Below, piece after piece: positions 30,909 to 32,000 of a stretch of 32,000 nucleotides of DNA. The DNA comes from Wolbachia endosymbiont of Onchocerca ochengi (GTDB taxonomy: Bacteria; Pseudomonadota; Alphaproteobacteria; Rickettsiales; Anaplasmataceae): contig NC_018267.1 of the NCBI RefSeq assembly GCF_000306885.1, positions 925,991-957,990 on the forward strand. The letters run 5' to 3'. Numbering within the stretch: position 1 is the stretch's first letter; the number at the start of each line of letters is the position of its first letter. Under the pieces are notes generated by a model. It made no database searches and was not told where the DNA came from. It saw only the letters and a program-made list of their open reading frames with translations. A program made the position numbers and the translations under genes.

Positions 30909-32000
30909 AAAACAGAAAATATACGAAGTACCTCCGATAAAAGAAGAGAGAGTTTTATTATTATTTTCTTTTTTTGTTGCACAATAATGGTAAGTCATTA
31001 AGAACGTTTTTAACATGTTTAATATAGAGAATATCTTTTTAATCAGTAGGCAGAAAACCATATAGAAAGAGCAAGTAAATGTTGCTAAGATAGTAAACAA
31101 TATAATAGCAAACAATTTAATTAAAAAACTTCAAAAACCACTTAATATGCCAATAAAAAAGTTATTTTAGGCTATTGATGATGAAGACCTTGGAAGGTTT
31201 AAAACAACAACCTCTGAAAAAAAGTACGGATGTTGGTACGTTTGACTAAGAAGGTAAAGGTATAACGCTTTTTGATGTATCTATTTCTAACATCTATTAC
31301 TGTCAGTAGTAATTGATAAATTACATTAAGAAAATAAGCAAGTTACACATGAGGAGAGCAATTATGGTACACTAGATGCTTTTCGCGGTGCTGCATTTTT
31401 ACGACTTAGATGCATTATAGCTAGTATGCAGTTTTTATGTATTGTCTGCCAAATTAGAGCTAGAGATAGTGGAAAAATTACTTGTATATCTTAGATATTA
31501 AAATTGATATTAGAAATTGTAAGAATAAAGGCCCTAAGGTCATGCTGTAAGAGAGTTTAAGTATATAATATAATTAAAATCTTAAAAAGCACAAGCTATT
31601 CCGACCTCATTAGAAGAAAGAATAGAAAATAAAAAAAGAAGTATTGACTAAACTTTTAAAAACATAAAATCTAGATTATCAAATAAAATCAACGCCTACA
31701 ATAGAGCAATAAAACATACGATTAAGATAAATTAGTTAAACTTGCTATTAAGAAACAATTAACTTCTTCTATAGTAAAGAGGTTTAAGTAATATGAAAAA
31801 ATTGGTGAAAGATAGCTGTTTCATAAATTATGCAGTTATTGCTGTTATGTTGAGGAACATTCACGATCTGATTAAGCACTATTAAAAACGCTTAAGTAAA
31901 AAATTTCCTAGAAAGACAAATAATGAACAATTTGCATAGAACCTTTTAGGTGAATTTAAAGGAAGAAAGATATTCAACTTACAAGGGAAAAAGTTAGAAA

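Overview
This is an AT-rich genome segment from an obligate intracellular alphaproteobacterium. The EF-Tu, ribosomal-protein and SecY sequences and the gene order look Wolbachia-like (Anaplasmataceae, Rickettsiales). That assignment comes from my memory of those families, not from a database search. Positions 883-20273 are almost entirely minus-strand housekeeping genes. They include pstS and one long co-directional translation cluster: tRNA-Tyr, tRNA-Gly, tuf, then rpsJ-rplC-rplD-rplW-rplB-rpsS-rplV-rpsC-rplP-rpmC-rpsQ-rplN-rplX-rplE-rpsN-rpsH-rplF-rplR-rpsE-rplO-secY-adk-rpsM-rpsK-rpoA-rplQ. After it come carA, one plus-strand orphan membrane protein, fmt, rplT and rpmI. The right-hand third is different. 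Intact genes there (fdxA, dapE, a 2-Cys peroxiredoxin, trxB) sit between long stretches with no intact ORF: 20274-25069, 25439-28028 and 30909-32000, plus 1-882 at the left edge. Together these stretches total about 9.4 kb, or about 29% of the window. They contain recognisable gene wreckage: an IS5-family transposase relic, an ankyrin-repeat relic, an iron-ADH/glycerol-phosphate-dehydrogenase-like gene broken across three or more frames, and membrane-protein-like fragments. The most notable single observation is that essential secY is split by a 1-nt frameshift in a short A/T homopolymer. I found no CRISPR array, no intact mobile element or prophage, and no intact multi-gene accessory, defence or toxin system. 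The unusual content here is reductive genome decay, not a new operon.
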